Below, one piece after another: positions 51,668-64,000 of a DNA stretch of 64,000 nt (position 1 is the first letter of the stretch; each line of letters starts with the position of its first letter). Under the pieces are notes generated by a model. It did no database searches, was not told where the DNA came from, and saw nothing but the letters and a program-made list of their open reading frames with translations. Where the stretch lies: the NCBI RefSeq assembly GCF_001194135.2, contig NC_068981.1, positions 9,956,744-10,020,743 of the forward strand, in the 5' to 3' direction. Both the position numbers and the translations under genes were made by a program. Origin of the DNA: Octopus bimaculoides. Taxonomy: Eukaryota.

Positions 51668-52205
51668 TTTATTTGAAATTTTGGCACAAGGCTAGCAATT
51701 TCGAGACAGGTTGTATGTCGACTACATCGACCCCAGTGCACAACTGGTACTTATTTTATCGATTTAGAAAGATGAAAGGCAAAATATACCTCGACCGAAT
51801 TTGAACTCAGGACGTAAAGACGGATGAAATGCGGCTAAGCATTTTGCTTGGCGTGCGAAGGGAGTAAGTCGATTACGTCGACTCCAGTGCGTAACTGGTA
51901 CTTAATTTATCGACCCCGAAAGGATGAAAGGCAAAGTCGACCTCGGCGGAGTTTGAACTCAGAACGTGAAGACAGACGAAATACCGCTAAGCATTTCGCT
52001 CGGCGTGCGAAAGATTCTGCCAGCTCGCCACCTTAAGACTTGGTTTTAAAATTGTTCTTAAGGAAAAGACAGCGAGCTGGCAGAAACATTAGCATGCCGG
52101 ACAGAATATTTAGCAGCATTTCATCTGTGATTATGCTATAAGTTCAAATTCCGCCCAAGACAACTTTACCTTTCATCCTTTTGGGGTCGATAAAAAAAGT
52201 ACCAG
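51668..52205. mobile_element. Two tandem minus SINE family A copies (second tail-truncated) and a divergent plus copy
   Basis: Repeated gtcgattacgtcgactccagtgc...gaatttgaactcag blocks; plus head at 52068. Confidence 0.8.
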
Positions 52206-54615
52206 TGGTGTCATCACGAAATATGTAGCTGTGACATTGTTGTGATATTAAATACTATCTCCTATTCTAATATTTGACTCTTAAACATAAAACCTTGCCT
52301 TATTTTCTTATAACCAATTAAAACTAGAATTCAGATACCTAATATGGACTTTGATCTTCTCTTCAAAGTCGATTAAATATGTACTTTTGCCAGACCAGAA
52401 GTTAACTTATCCATCTTCTTTCATAGGCATTCGTTCTCTTGTATGATATATATATTTACCTATCTATCTATCTATCACTCTCTCTCTCCCTCTATACATA
52501 TGTGTGTGTGCATACATATATATATAGAGCGAGAGAGAGTGCGTGTGTGTGTGTGTGTGAGAGGGAGAGAAAGAGAGAGATACGCATATATATGTATGTC
52601 TCTATATACATATATATATATAATATATATGTATTCATATATACAATGCATGTATATGTTTATGTACTTATATATACGATATGTATATATGTGTATATCC
52701 GTGTGTGTGTGTGTGTGTGTGTGTGTGCATGAATCACGTTTTATGTTCCATATATACTCAATGATTCGAGTATGAAAAAAACAAAGTTGTGTCAATATTA
52801 TAAGATATGAAACATTTGTTTGCATTTTATATTTTTTTACCTACTTATAGTTATAACATTCTCAGTAAGAAATAAGTAAGATGTCTCTAGCACTTAGTAA
52901 AGAAATTAAAAAAAAAAACAGAATGAACATCAAAGACTCGGGAGAAGCAAGCAACAAATGAAAATATCTATGTAATAAAAGCAAAACTCAAAGATAACAG
53001 AATGTCTGGAAATGATGTTTAATAAGCAATATAAGATAACGCAGTGTATATGGCGTGAAATATTATTACAGAAGTCACATAAAACGAAATTTATTTTAAA
53101 GGTTTGTGGATCAATGCATCCAAGTTCAATATTGCTTTCTTTATGATCGATTGTTCGATGATATCTAGGGAAGATTATTTCTGTGAATACTCTTCGGTTG
53201 AATGCAATATCACGTGTTAACCAGTCGTATTCATAGGAATCCGATTAATTCGATACTAGTTCACTGCGCTTGTTCTTGTAGGTTGTTTGCATATCTGCTT
53301 GAAATTATAATATTCAGTGTTGAATTTTAATCAAGGTGTGAAAAAGTATAATTTGTTTGAATCATATTCAAAACTTTTGTAAGACGTATTCACAATTTTG
53401 TCTTCGGAGACTAATGCAAAAATAAATAGTTATTTTTTACTTCTTTTATCGAGAAAAACATTAGAAAATTTACATATGGATACATTTGTCTGTTTTTCTT
53501 ATTCTGTTATCATGCATTTCGTTAACAATGGCGTCAACGGCAGTAGATTTCCACCAGAGCAATCACTAGTTGATAGCATTCTAATGAAAAGGAAGTCGAA
53601 AAAGTGCATGTGCAACTCAAGCAGAATAATTACTGCAAACTAGTTTTTTGTTCGACGTATCGTTGTAAGCAATGTTCAGAGACAGTTGGTACTGGAATTT
53701 TTTAAGACATGAAATATTCACCTGTTTAAACACAAAACACTATCCAGCCTCGAGTAGACTGAGAACATTTGGCAAATATTGCAGAAAATGTACAAGATGT
53801 TGCCGATCTTTAAACTCCCTTTGTGTCAAAAGAACATTTAAATAGGGTTCTCACAATGATGTTAATTCAGGGAGAGAGCGCTGAATGAAGACCAGAAGTA
53901 AGGCTTATCAGATGATACATATGTATATATTGATATAAACATATGTTGCGGCAACACACATGGAGGAAGGTTAGGAGACGGGAAAACAAGGTGTTGTGCG
54001 AGCGGCAGTCAGGCCAAGAAAGAAAGATCATGCTTGGCCGAGCACCGATTGCGTGGGAGGAACGGAGAGAGGTATGAGGCAGAAGGATTGAAGAATTAGG
54101 GAAGGTACTAGAGAGAGAAAGAGGGAGGAAGGGATAGAGGTAAAGGTACAAGGAAGATAACAGAGGAGAGGAGAGAGATTAAAGAAATAGAATGCCAAGA
54201 ATTATGAGAGAGGGGGTGCGAGAAAAAGAAACATGGAAAGAAAGATGGAAGTCGTACAGAATTTAGATATATAGTTACAAGTATATGTCTAAATTACGCC
54301 GCTATGTGTATATAATATATATATATATATATTATCAAGCATAGTTTTCACTTGCAAGGCGTATAATCTAGTAGCTTGGCCATTCTTCTGCTAATTGTTG
54401 CCCAGGTGTATGCTGTTGTGATCAAATATAGTCACTATTTTAGCCCATTCAGTTTTTCATCCAGTAATGAATTGAGAATAATACAGCGCCATACTAATTT
54501 TCATTTGACTAAACTAAGGCAATGAGAAATAAAACACTTTGCTGAAAGTGACAATACACCTTCCAAGTATCGAACCACGAACTGAGAACTTAATGTGTTA
54601 GTTTGTCAAGATCTC

Positions 54616-54651
<36 letters not shown>

Positions 54652-55879
54652 TTGCACACACACGTACATGAGGCTGTTATCCCTCATATAAGGGGCATCT
54701 GAGGCACCTCAATGCGCTGACATCTCAACTCACAACGTTGAGAAATATTTAAGAACACACCCAACAGAATATATCTTCTTTCTTTAATTAGTGCACCGTG
54801 TCCAATTTTGCACTAATGCCTATTCTGGTTAATGCCTATTATATTTCATGAAGAGATAAGGAGAATCTTCTCTCCAGTACACTTTCATGCACTGTTAATG
54901 CAGAAGTACATTTACGTGTTGAGATTGAATGCAATTGAGTCTTATCTGTATATCAGTTGAAAGCTAGAGTAAAAAATACCGTTGTCTCAGATTGCAAGGA
55001 AATATTTTCAAATCATAACTCAACAGATAATACCATTCATTTGACAATCTGATGATGCAAGCACTAAAAGATTGCTTGATTTGTAAGAAATAACAAACAA
55101 AATCTCTTTTAAATTCCATTCAGCAGTCTTACATAAACATATCACATTGACATAGGATAATATAGTCTAAGTTCAACTAAACTGGATAAAAGTAAGATAG
55201 CCAAAGTTGTTACAACTTTTTTCAAAGAGTTACTCAATCAAGGCTAGCCTGAAGTTGAGCAAAAACAACAATGAATCGTTCCTTCAACAGCTAATCGATA
55301 CACCTTTAGTGAATCGAATTGTTGGTAGTAAATATCTCAGTGAATCGTCTCTGAAATTTTGTTTCGATATTTTTGAGAGGGTGTATCACTTCTCTGTAAT
55401 TTGTCAATCATTTCAGCAAAGACAAAATATATTTCTATTAAATTCAGATTTAATGATAAAGACTTATTTATAACGTCATTTTCCCGGTTCTTGTGTAAAA
55501 CTTCTCTTTCTAATCTATGAGGTACATCTGTATTTAATATATAAATCCTACAGATTTTATTACTGTAGAGACGTATGCATAAATATCTTTCAAGTAACTA
55601 GTTGTATGTAGTTAAGATTGGCTTCGTAAAATCATCTGTACCTAGTCAAAATCGACGTTGTTTTAAATGAAAATGCCTGCTTTTTAACTAGAGGTTATAT
55701 GACTTATATTAAACTGACGCGTTACTTGCTCAAAATTGACGTTGCATTGTTCCGGAAGAAAATCAGCCTAACGTATAATAAAATTGTGCCTGATCAAAAT
55801 TAAGTGTTATTTTAAATGCTGATTACTTAAGAACAGTTGAGGATGAGAAAGAGAAGATTAAACGAGATGGTAGGAATCA

Positions 55880-55947
<68 letters not shown>

Positions 55948-56445
55948 AACAAATGTTAGGGTAGAGCTGTTTTCCAGTGAATCATGTATTATTCCATTTT
56001 CTAACTATTTTAGGTAACCTCGCATAATAAAATCATAAATGCAAATCATGATTAGGAGGAGTTTTAGCTGCAGTTTTCTAACAGATCGAGCAGCCAAGTG
56101 GAACTGTCCTAAGATGTGCACAGTTAAATGCTGTTGTTTAACACTGGGTCAACTATGATCAAAAATATTCTTGCTGTAACCTTTGCGTCTTTTTAGGACT
56201 TTATAGGTCTAGGTTATCTTTTTTACTTTAGATGTTAAGTTGGCTTATAGTTATTATTTTCTTATTGTTGTTGTTGTTCTTTTTTAACTCCAAGACGTCC
56301 CTGATTGAATAGAGCTATCATGAGAGGAATTCTGGAGGTGATCACTAAGATTTTTTAAGAGAGTCTGGGACTGAATTAATAAGATTGGATGCTATTTGTG
56401 GGAGATTTAGCTGTTCTTTCTAGCAGATCAAATGTCTACGTAGAC

Positions 56446-56701
56446 CAGTGGTTCTCAACCGGGGTTCACATGGCCCTTCAGGGTTCATACAAAATTTTGA
56501 TGTTAAAATTTATGCGCAATTAATTGGTCATAATTCCACAATACATGAAATATTTCAACAGTCTTTTTTTTATACAATTCCTTATATTTAATTATAAAAA
56601 TGTAATGAGACTTTTTAAACATCTAATGTTTATTAGGGCTCAGTGGAATGAAATAAGAGCAAAAGGAATTTCATAGGTCAAAAAATGGTTGAGAGCTCCT
56701 G
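56446..56701. mobile_element. hAT (Charlie/MER5-like) MITE
   Basis: TIRs cagtggttctcaacc and ggttgagagctcctg; 8-bp TSD acgtagac / ccgtagac (7/8). Confidence 0.7.
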
Positions 56702-57054
56702 CCGTAGACAGTTTTCCTTTGGTTCTAAATTGCTGCTGTTAAAATTGGTGCAATGTTAGATATGGTACATGACAGCTTGCATTGATATTACATCTCACAT
56801 TGGTGTCGATCTCTCGCAGCTAACTCCATTCTGTACAACATTGGCTTATGTCTATCTTAGTTAAAAGTATATGTTGTTATTGCTTCTCGTCTTTCATTAC
56901 TTCAGAATGGTGAGGGTCAAATGTTAAAATGTGTTCCAGAATCACGACTATTGCAACGGTTGTTGAAATGTTTCTGTGTCAGATGCTGGATAACGTTTCT
57001 CATTTGTTTGTATTATATGTTCTGGCTGGGAATGTAGAGAGCGAGAGAGTAAGA

Positions 57055-57080
57055 AAGGGAGAAAAAGAAAGAAAGAAGGA

Positions 57081-57116
<36 letters not shown>

Positions 57117-57152
57117 CAGAAAGAAAGAAAGAAAGAAAGAAAGAAAAGAAAA
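57055..57152. repeat. (GAAA)n microsatellite
   Basis: Direct reading of the sequence. Confidence 0.95.
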
Positions 57153-58533
57153 ATGAGGGAGAGAGAAAATATTGAAGAATTCGTGTTTATGTGAGCACAT
57201 ATTTATGAGTAAAACGTGTGTATACGTATGTCATTGTCTATATTCATCAATATATTTTGACAGTATGTAAATGAATCTATCTATTTGTAGACTGTAAATA
57301 TATCTTTTCCAATTAATGTTACTATAAACAGCAAATAGAACTACCATTTCATGAACTTTACTCTGAAATACCAAACTTAACCGAAGATGTATGGCGCCTC
57401 TTAACAAAAACCTTTCGGCAACAAACAGCGTTGGGTATTTGATAAATTTTCGTGTGTTTACATGTGAAAGATCATGATTTGTGAATGTAACATGACACAT
57501 CGCAGGCATATATATCCATATATATTAACTATATCTCTCTTTCAACTAAAAACTGAAAAGGTGGATCTAAGGAGTGCAATGGACAACCAAGAAAATAAAA
57601 ATCATTAAATAGCTGCTTACGAATTCCAACCCTCGAGGACAATTCCTCAGGGGTGTTGGTTTATTGAGGTTTCGAGCTGATGCCATATGTCGGAATTATC
57701 AAAATTATATCCGTTTTCGCATTTTGTATCGAATCCATTTCTGTTATATATTTTTGTGAATGACAGGTAGCAGTAGTATTCAATGACGTTACGAGTAGAA
57801 TCACGCCACATGTTCCTGCAAAATACTCCTACATGAATACCGAATTTTTGAGAAGCATGTGTGGAAACATGAATGAAATGAGGAATAAGGAAAGCTTCTA
57901 ATAATACAGAAAGTTTTTTTTAAAACAACATTTATATTTCGAGCGAAAAGGCATATCTTCAGAAGAATACAGTCAAAGAAATATGTATTTACGTAGACCC
58001 TGCTATTTTAGATAGCCTGGTGTTTGAATTAGCAGCAGCAGCAGCAGCAGCAACTTCCTCCCCCCCCCCCGCCACAAATGTAAGAATCTTTTCTTATTTT
58101 GGATTTTTTTTCCTTTTCTACTTCTGTATTATAATGCTTCAGACGAACTGTACCGCTCTTATTACATGCAGATGTGTGTAAGCAAGCACTACCATATGCA
58201 TACAATAATTAGAAAGCGTGCAATAGTTGCACAATTAAGACACATGGAACAGAACAAAACAGACATGCATGTACTGTAAATCAACAATATTCATTCACAT
58301 TTCCAAGTACTAGATATTGAAGGACACTGATGATAGAGTAAAAAGTTTAACCGTTATTTTCAGCAGCATTTTAGATGTTAACAAATCAATATTTTGTTTC
58401 CACTCTCGAAACCTTTTCAGTCACACATTTTTGAATCACCAATTGTGTCGTTACTATTCTGTTTGCAATATCGCAGTATTCGTCTCTTTGTTATTCTTAT
58501 AACTTATGGATATCTATATATTTGTGTGTCAGT

Positions 58534-58569
<36 letters not shown>

Positions 58570-59200
58570 CGTTGTTACAGCTCATACCATCGAAGATATT
58601 CCGTGTTTTCGGTTCTTTACAATTAAATAAACAGAAAGAAATGAACAGCAATGATACTACCAGCAACAGTGTTTGAAATCTTGAAGGTTTCTATGATGAC
58701 ACCATCATTCACAGGAAATTCTGTCTCTGATATTCAAAGTGATGATAGCTGCAGTATTCGTATTACTACCTTTACAAACAACTCAGAAATTATACAATGT
58801 GATAGATAAGATGAATCGATTTTTCCTTATGATATTATTAGAAGTGACATTTTAAAATTGTTTAAACCAACCGAAGCGCAAACTTACTTGCTTTGATGTA
58901 TCTAGGTGTTATATTTCTCTGTAAAAACAAAAAGGAAAAGAAAAAAGAGAAAAATTCCGACGGGCTGACTGTCCTATAAGCGTCCAGCTTAAAGAGCGGC
59001 TAGGAATAAACATCAAACCATTAATTTACATTTGGAAATAAGAGAATTGCAAACTTTAAAATATGATATTTAATTCGGTAATGACATCCCACCTGGCTGC
59101 AATCACAACAAAATATCTAGCGTGTCAGCCATCGAACGTTTCGGAACGTTTTGGAAGAGAACAAAAACGTTGGCTGCAATAGATTCATGTCTTTCAACAT

Positions 59201-59272
59201 AGATCGGGTTAACTATGTAGATTGGTTTAACCATGTAGATCGGGTTACCAATTTACATCGGGTTAACAATGA
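59201..59272. repeat. Diverged 18-bp minisatellite x4
   Basis: agatcgggttaactatgt / agattggtttaaccatgt / agatcgggttaccaattt / acatcgggttaacaatga. Confidence 0.85.
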
Positions 59273-59919
59273 TCGATATCCTTTCAACTGTTTGCTGTTT
59301 ATAATATTCTCAAAGAAAATAATTAGAGATAGAGGTAAAAGGAACAATGGGCGGCGATGGCCAAAGCATACGTTTCCCAACTCCCAGGAGCTATAGCATG
59401 CCTTTATTGCCACTGATCGAATGATAATGTCTAGCAATGATGTAAAAGGTTACGTTCATCCGTTCATACTTCTCGAAGGCGGAAGGCAGACGTCTTTAAG
59501 AGGAGCCCAAAGAACCATGACGTTATGGAAGTCCAACGATTCTGCTTATGAGTTGGTCTTAGCTTTGTATAGTTTTTAAATAAAAGCATATGAAATCAGT
59601 TAATATGGCCTGTTTTATGAATCTTCTAAAATTAGCAATGGTATAATTACCATAACTGAATTTTAGATACACTTCGATATTGAAAAAGTATTTTCTCTCT
59701 GTTTCTTTTGATTCTTAATTTGATTTTTTCTGACGATAGATTTTGATTTGGTGATGATGGAGAAGTAATTGTCCATTTACTATGAAGCGCTATACTTCAT
59801 ATGTTTAAAAACAGAAGCAGGATTGTTTGAAAATCAATCAAATTTTCTTCTTCATTATACCTCTCAAAATAAGAAACTGCTTGTGCGACTAAGTCGTAAT
59901 TGCTACATTTTTTTTTAAT

Positions 59920-60450
59920 GGTGGGCGGGTTACATCCACAGATTTCATTATTGGTGACATCAAGGGAATTTCAATTCCGTCGACGCCAGCTGTGCATTTT
60001 ATCCTTTCGGGATCGATAATATAAACACTAGCTGAGCACTAGGGTCAGTATGATCGCCTTACGACCCTACCTAAAATTGCTAAAATTTAAAACTATTATT
60101 AATGATATCAAGGCGGTGAGCGTACAGAATGGTTAGTGTGGCGGACAAACTGCATTTCGGTATTTGTTCCTTCTCTTTACGTTCTGAGTTAAAATCTCAT
60201 CGAGGTCAGCGTTCTTTTTCGGGATCGTTAAAATGAAGTACCAGTCAAGTACTGGAATCTATGATATCGACTAAGATCCCAATCATGTGCCTACATCACA
60301 AACCATTTCATCCATCTTTATGTTCAAATTCCACCGAGGCCGACTTTGGTTTTCGTCATTACGGGATCGGTAAAATAATTAGCAGTCAGCCTCTGGTGTC
60401 GATATAATCGTCCAGCCGCCGCCCCACAAAACTTTCAGCCTTGTGCCTCT
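59920..60450 (+). mobile_element. Cluster of decayed SINE family A copies
   Basis: Three partial cores (atcctttcgggatcgataa, ttcgggatcgttaaaatgaagtaccag, cgggatcggtaaaataattagcag). Confidence 0.7.
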
Positions 60451-61254
60451 TGTAGAAAGGAATATTTAATCATTTATCTAGATATTTCTGTTTTCTTAGA
60501 CAAAACTGGTTGGCTGTGTTGTTAGGTACTGGCCATTTTGACTATATTTTAAGAGCAAATAAATTATTGTAAAACAAAATTTAATCCTTTTTGTATGTTA
60601 AATTTTATCTATCACAACATCTGGTCCATCACCATTCGAAATATCATGGGAGTAAGAAAAGGTTGCTAAAGAAATAGAAGACTCCGATTGCTTCTATAAG
60701 CATTGACAAGGATTCTAGTGCAGCTGCAGTAGTTAAAAATTACAACGTCAGTAAACAATGAAACATCTATTTTAAATTATAAATCAGACAAAGAGTATCT
60801 GAAAATAATTCATATTTAGTCGTTTACAATAGAAATACCTGTTCTTCTTTATAATGTTAATCAATTCTTTGTGATTTAGATAAAACAATAGTTTTAATTA
60901 GTTATTCTTTCGATCTGTTTTCATTTTAGACGATGAAGAGCGTCAATAGTAATTCTGCTAACAATAATTTTATTGATCATAATTTTGATATAAACTTTAC
61001 ATTTGATACAGTATTTTGATTACCTTTTAAAATTGACTCTAACAACATGGTCTAGTCTAGTTATTATCACTCAGTTTTTATTAGCAGTCTTTCGTAAAAC
61101 CTTAGTGTCATTATCTAAAATTTGAAATTCTTAAGAAATACGAACAAAGCCTAGTCTGGAAAATAAAGAAAAAACTTTCTTTTACACAAAAGACGTCGTA
61201 TCAGAACTAAAAATTAACTTTCTATTAGCTTAGTGTGCACTACTACAAAAGTTA

Positions 61255-61700
61255 TGAACTCGATAATTCAAAACAAATTGCTATATTTTTCAAAAGCAAA
61301 TATCATTATATCCAACTTACAATTCGGATTCTTAACTAAAAGATCATCAGCTTGTCAACTTTTAGTACAGTTAATTGAATAGAAAAAGCATTTAGCTAAG
61401 ATAATAAACGTATGTTGGGTATATATAGAGACATTACTAAAGCATTTGAGAGTTTCACATGTAAAATTGGTTTAAAAACTAATCACAATATATATGACAG
61501 ATAAATAACTGAATTGCTTTCAATATTAATTAAATATTAAATATCTATTTGTTTGTTGAAATAATAATGTTTATAATACTTGTTTAATTACTTCCAAAGT
61601 GCTGTAGGGTAGTTTACTTAAGCCAATCTTATTTTTAATCTATATTAATGACCTACAAAATTGAATTTCAGATTCAAAAACAATTTTATATATGCAGCTC
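61255..61700 (+). pseudogene. CR1/L2-clade reverse transcriptase relic
   Basis: QFGFLTKRSSACQLL, IYRDITKAFES (cf. IYLDFSKAFDSV) and a decayed QGS.L.PILFLIYINDL. Confidence 0.6.
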
Positions 61701-61929
61701 AATTTTTTTGGTTTTCTTTTTCTTTCCAAATCTCAAAGAACGTTAAAAATTTACTTTAAAATCTGATTTACAGAAATTTTTTTGAATCGTCTACCAAACA
61801 TTGCAACTGGAAAATATTCAGTAATTGATTTATTTTCACGATAATTCTTGTACAAAATATTTTTAATGATATTTCTATACCACCTGCTTGAAAACTTGTA
61901 AAACTTGGAATTACATGTACACAATATTT

Positions 61930-62215
61930 TCACATTGTGTTAGAATGACAGGAATATGTCTGGAACGAATTTATCTTTTAAAACGTTTGAAAATCGAAAT
62001 TGCGAGACAATACTTAAGTTACATGAAGAATTTTAAAAAATTTATATTCATACCAATAATCATTGGTGCAATCGGTGAATACCTAGGACACAATCTAGAG
62101 AATCTAGGACTTTCAACCAACGAAAGAGACCACTTAACCCGAACTTTACGGATACGATTTGTAAGTGGAACAGTGAAAATAGGAGAGGTTTTTTTTAAAG
62201 TTCTATGTGTAACAA
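61930..62215 (+). pseudogene. R4/Dong-like RLE C-terminal fragment
   Basis: YLLKRLKIEIARQY...FIPIIIGAIG...LENLGL...SGTVKIGEVFFK resembles KY..L.IEI.R.W...VVPIIIGALG...LGT..ILRKVL. Confidence 0.6.
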
Positions 62216-62519
62216 TAATCATTGTTCTTGACGGAGCTTTTGTTACTTTGTTTGAAACCAGCTCCATNNNNNNNNNNNNNNNNNNNNNNNNNNNNNNNNN
62301 NNNNNNNNNNNNNNNNNNNNNNNNNNNNNNNNNNNNNNNNNNNNNNNNNNNNNNNNNNNNNNNNNNNTATAAGGAGCAGAAATACTGGAAAATCAGTATA
62401 CAACATGTGGCAAAATTACCAGTTGAAAATATTTGGAAAACATATATAAAAAGTGGAAGAGAAATGCCACCTTCCCACATTTATATTTTTAAATATATAT
62501 ACATATTTTATTGGTGTCG

Positions 62520-63830
62520 TGATATCCAACCGGTTTTCGCTATTTAAATTAGCTTTTCAAGGGACATTGTAAAGTAATCATTTCTTGTGACAAAGGAGTC
62601 TCGTCCTTTTGGATACTTGAAAAGTAAAACTGAGTCTAGCGAGTGAACAAAGGGAGGCAACATGTAGAAAGGGGGGCAACTTATTCCTCAGTATAATTGT
62701 TGAAATAGGAATGTGTAAGGATCAGGTGGTCAAGTTAGTATATTGAGCTGTGGTCTGTACTTTTATATGAACAGGTTTTCCTTGTTTAGGAGTTCTTGTC
62801 AGGAGATTGAATTGTAGCATTGGTATTATGGAAATTAGGTGTTTTATTTCCTGCGCATCTGTCAATATGTTCGCTCAGGGCTATCTGCCTCTATTGATGA
62901 AAATCTGTTCTTTATGCAGCGTGACTCTGCGTCTCAAAGTATGGCTCATTTGGCTCATATAATTGTGGCAACAACCTGAGCAGTTTAGGACATAGATAAG
63001 GTTCTGGGAAGCACATGTGAAGTTGGTCTTTTTCTCCTTGCTGGAATGTAAATTCCGATCCTTCAGTTGGGTGTGGGTATGGGCCACAATTAGCTCGCAT
63101 GCATTTTTTAACTGCTGGTATCGTATGTGCTGAGTATAGTTTTGCATTTGTTAGGAGTCTCTTGAGGGATTTGTGTTGTCTTTTGCACTTGAAAAGTTTA
63201 ATGTGTATTTAGAATGTTGTTCATTTTCGGGTTTTGAGTGATCAGAGGGAGATTTTGTATAATTGTGTTGTATGCTTCATTATTTCTGGGGTTGTGGGTT
63301 GATATGTATGTATGGGAGTGATTTAGAGTGAAGTGTAGTGTTTTGTTGTGTTGCCCTTAGTGTGTTTGTGTCCATTTTCGTGGCACGTTTAATTCCATGG
63401 TCTATAAGTGCGGGTGGGTATTGACGTTCAATGAGTGTTATTTTGAGATTTTGTCGGCAAAGTTCCCGAGTAGTTGTGTCAGATACAATTGTACAGATCC
63501 TTTTTGCTGGATTGAATGGGATATTTATTTGGTGTGCATAGGATGGCATGAACTGAAAAGGAGATACTGTTTTGAATCTGTTGGTTTGTAGTAGATATCA
63601 GTTGCAATTTGGTTGTTGGATTTTTTAAAAATCAAAATCTCCAGAAATGGGAGCTGTTTCTTGCTATATTCCATTGTAAATTGAATATTGGAGTTCATAT
63701 TGTTCAGTGTAGATTTGAAATTCAGACGTTTATCATAGGTTTCATTCCAGATGATATAATACTTGTTTAGGTACCTTTTCCAGTTTTCTCTTATATATTG
63801 GTGGAATGGGGATCCAAATGTTTGGAGCGA
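62520..63830 (-). mobile_element. Penelope-like element: RT C-terminus, GIY-YIG endonuclease and 3' end (frameshifted)
   Basis: WKRYLNKYYIIW...LNNMNSNIQFTME...LPFLEILI...TDIYYKPTDSKQYLLFSSCHPMHTK; NIPFNPAKRICTIVSD; TCASQNLIYVLNCSGCCHNYMSQMSHTLRRR. Confidence 0.9.
62522..62567 (-). ncRNA. Hammerhead-like motif at the Penelope 3' end
   Basis: AUGUCC-CUUGAAAA-GCUA-auuuaaa-UAGC-GAAA-ACCGGU-U-GGAUAU: 6-bp stem I, 4-bp stem II, palindromic stem III. The core has an extra U, G8A and an extra A. Confidence 0.55.
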
Positions 63831-63837
63831 AAATTCA

Positions 63838-64000
63838 TATAGCCTAGTACTTATTCTATCGATCAATTTTGCCGAACCGCTAAGTTACGGAGACCTAAAC
63901 ACACCAGCATCGGTTGTCAATGGTGGGTGGACAAACACAGACATACACACATACGCACACACACACACATACATATATATATGTGTGTGTGTGTGTGTGT
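63838..64000 (-). mobile_element. SINE family C 3' part at the upstream end of the Penelope fragment
   Basis: gcctagtacttattctatcg...gaaccgctaagttacgg...aaacacaccagcatcggttgtcaa. Confidence 0.8.

Noticed and set aside
57930-57975. CTGAAGA...GAAATATA hammerhead-like motif on the minus strand
   Set aside because: Stems I and II do not pair convincingly. At best it is a decayed Penelope end.

Overview
AT-rich, repeat-dense eukaryotic DNA with nine N-gaps. The SINE families and microsatellite load point to an octopus-like cephalopod genome (inference). I could not support any complete, recognisable host gene. Almost all listed ORFs are microsatellite, gap or antisense artefacts. The window is dominated by three tRNA-derived SINE families, often in head-to-tail clusters. 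It also holds decayed retroelements (HERO-like and R4/Dong-like RLE elements, L1/Tx1, CR1, RTE, an APE-type LINE, Penelope), a mariner transposase relic and MITEs. One cluster of strong plus-strand splice signals with an ATG exon (20.57-21.79 kb) may be the start of a host gene. The main observation is a set of hammerhead-ribozyme motifs in retroelement ends. One, in the 3' UTR of the HERO-like fragment (29.32-29.38 kb, minus), has its three core strands in a non-circularly permuted order. Three others are minimal type-I motifs with palindromic stem III and non-canonical cores. A multi-jump templated-insertion and snap-back repair scar lies in the SINE at 2.2 kb. All structures were parsed by eye and none was computed. 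Element boundaries are approximate unless a TSD or TIR is given.
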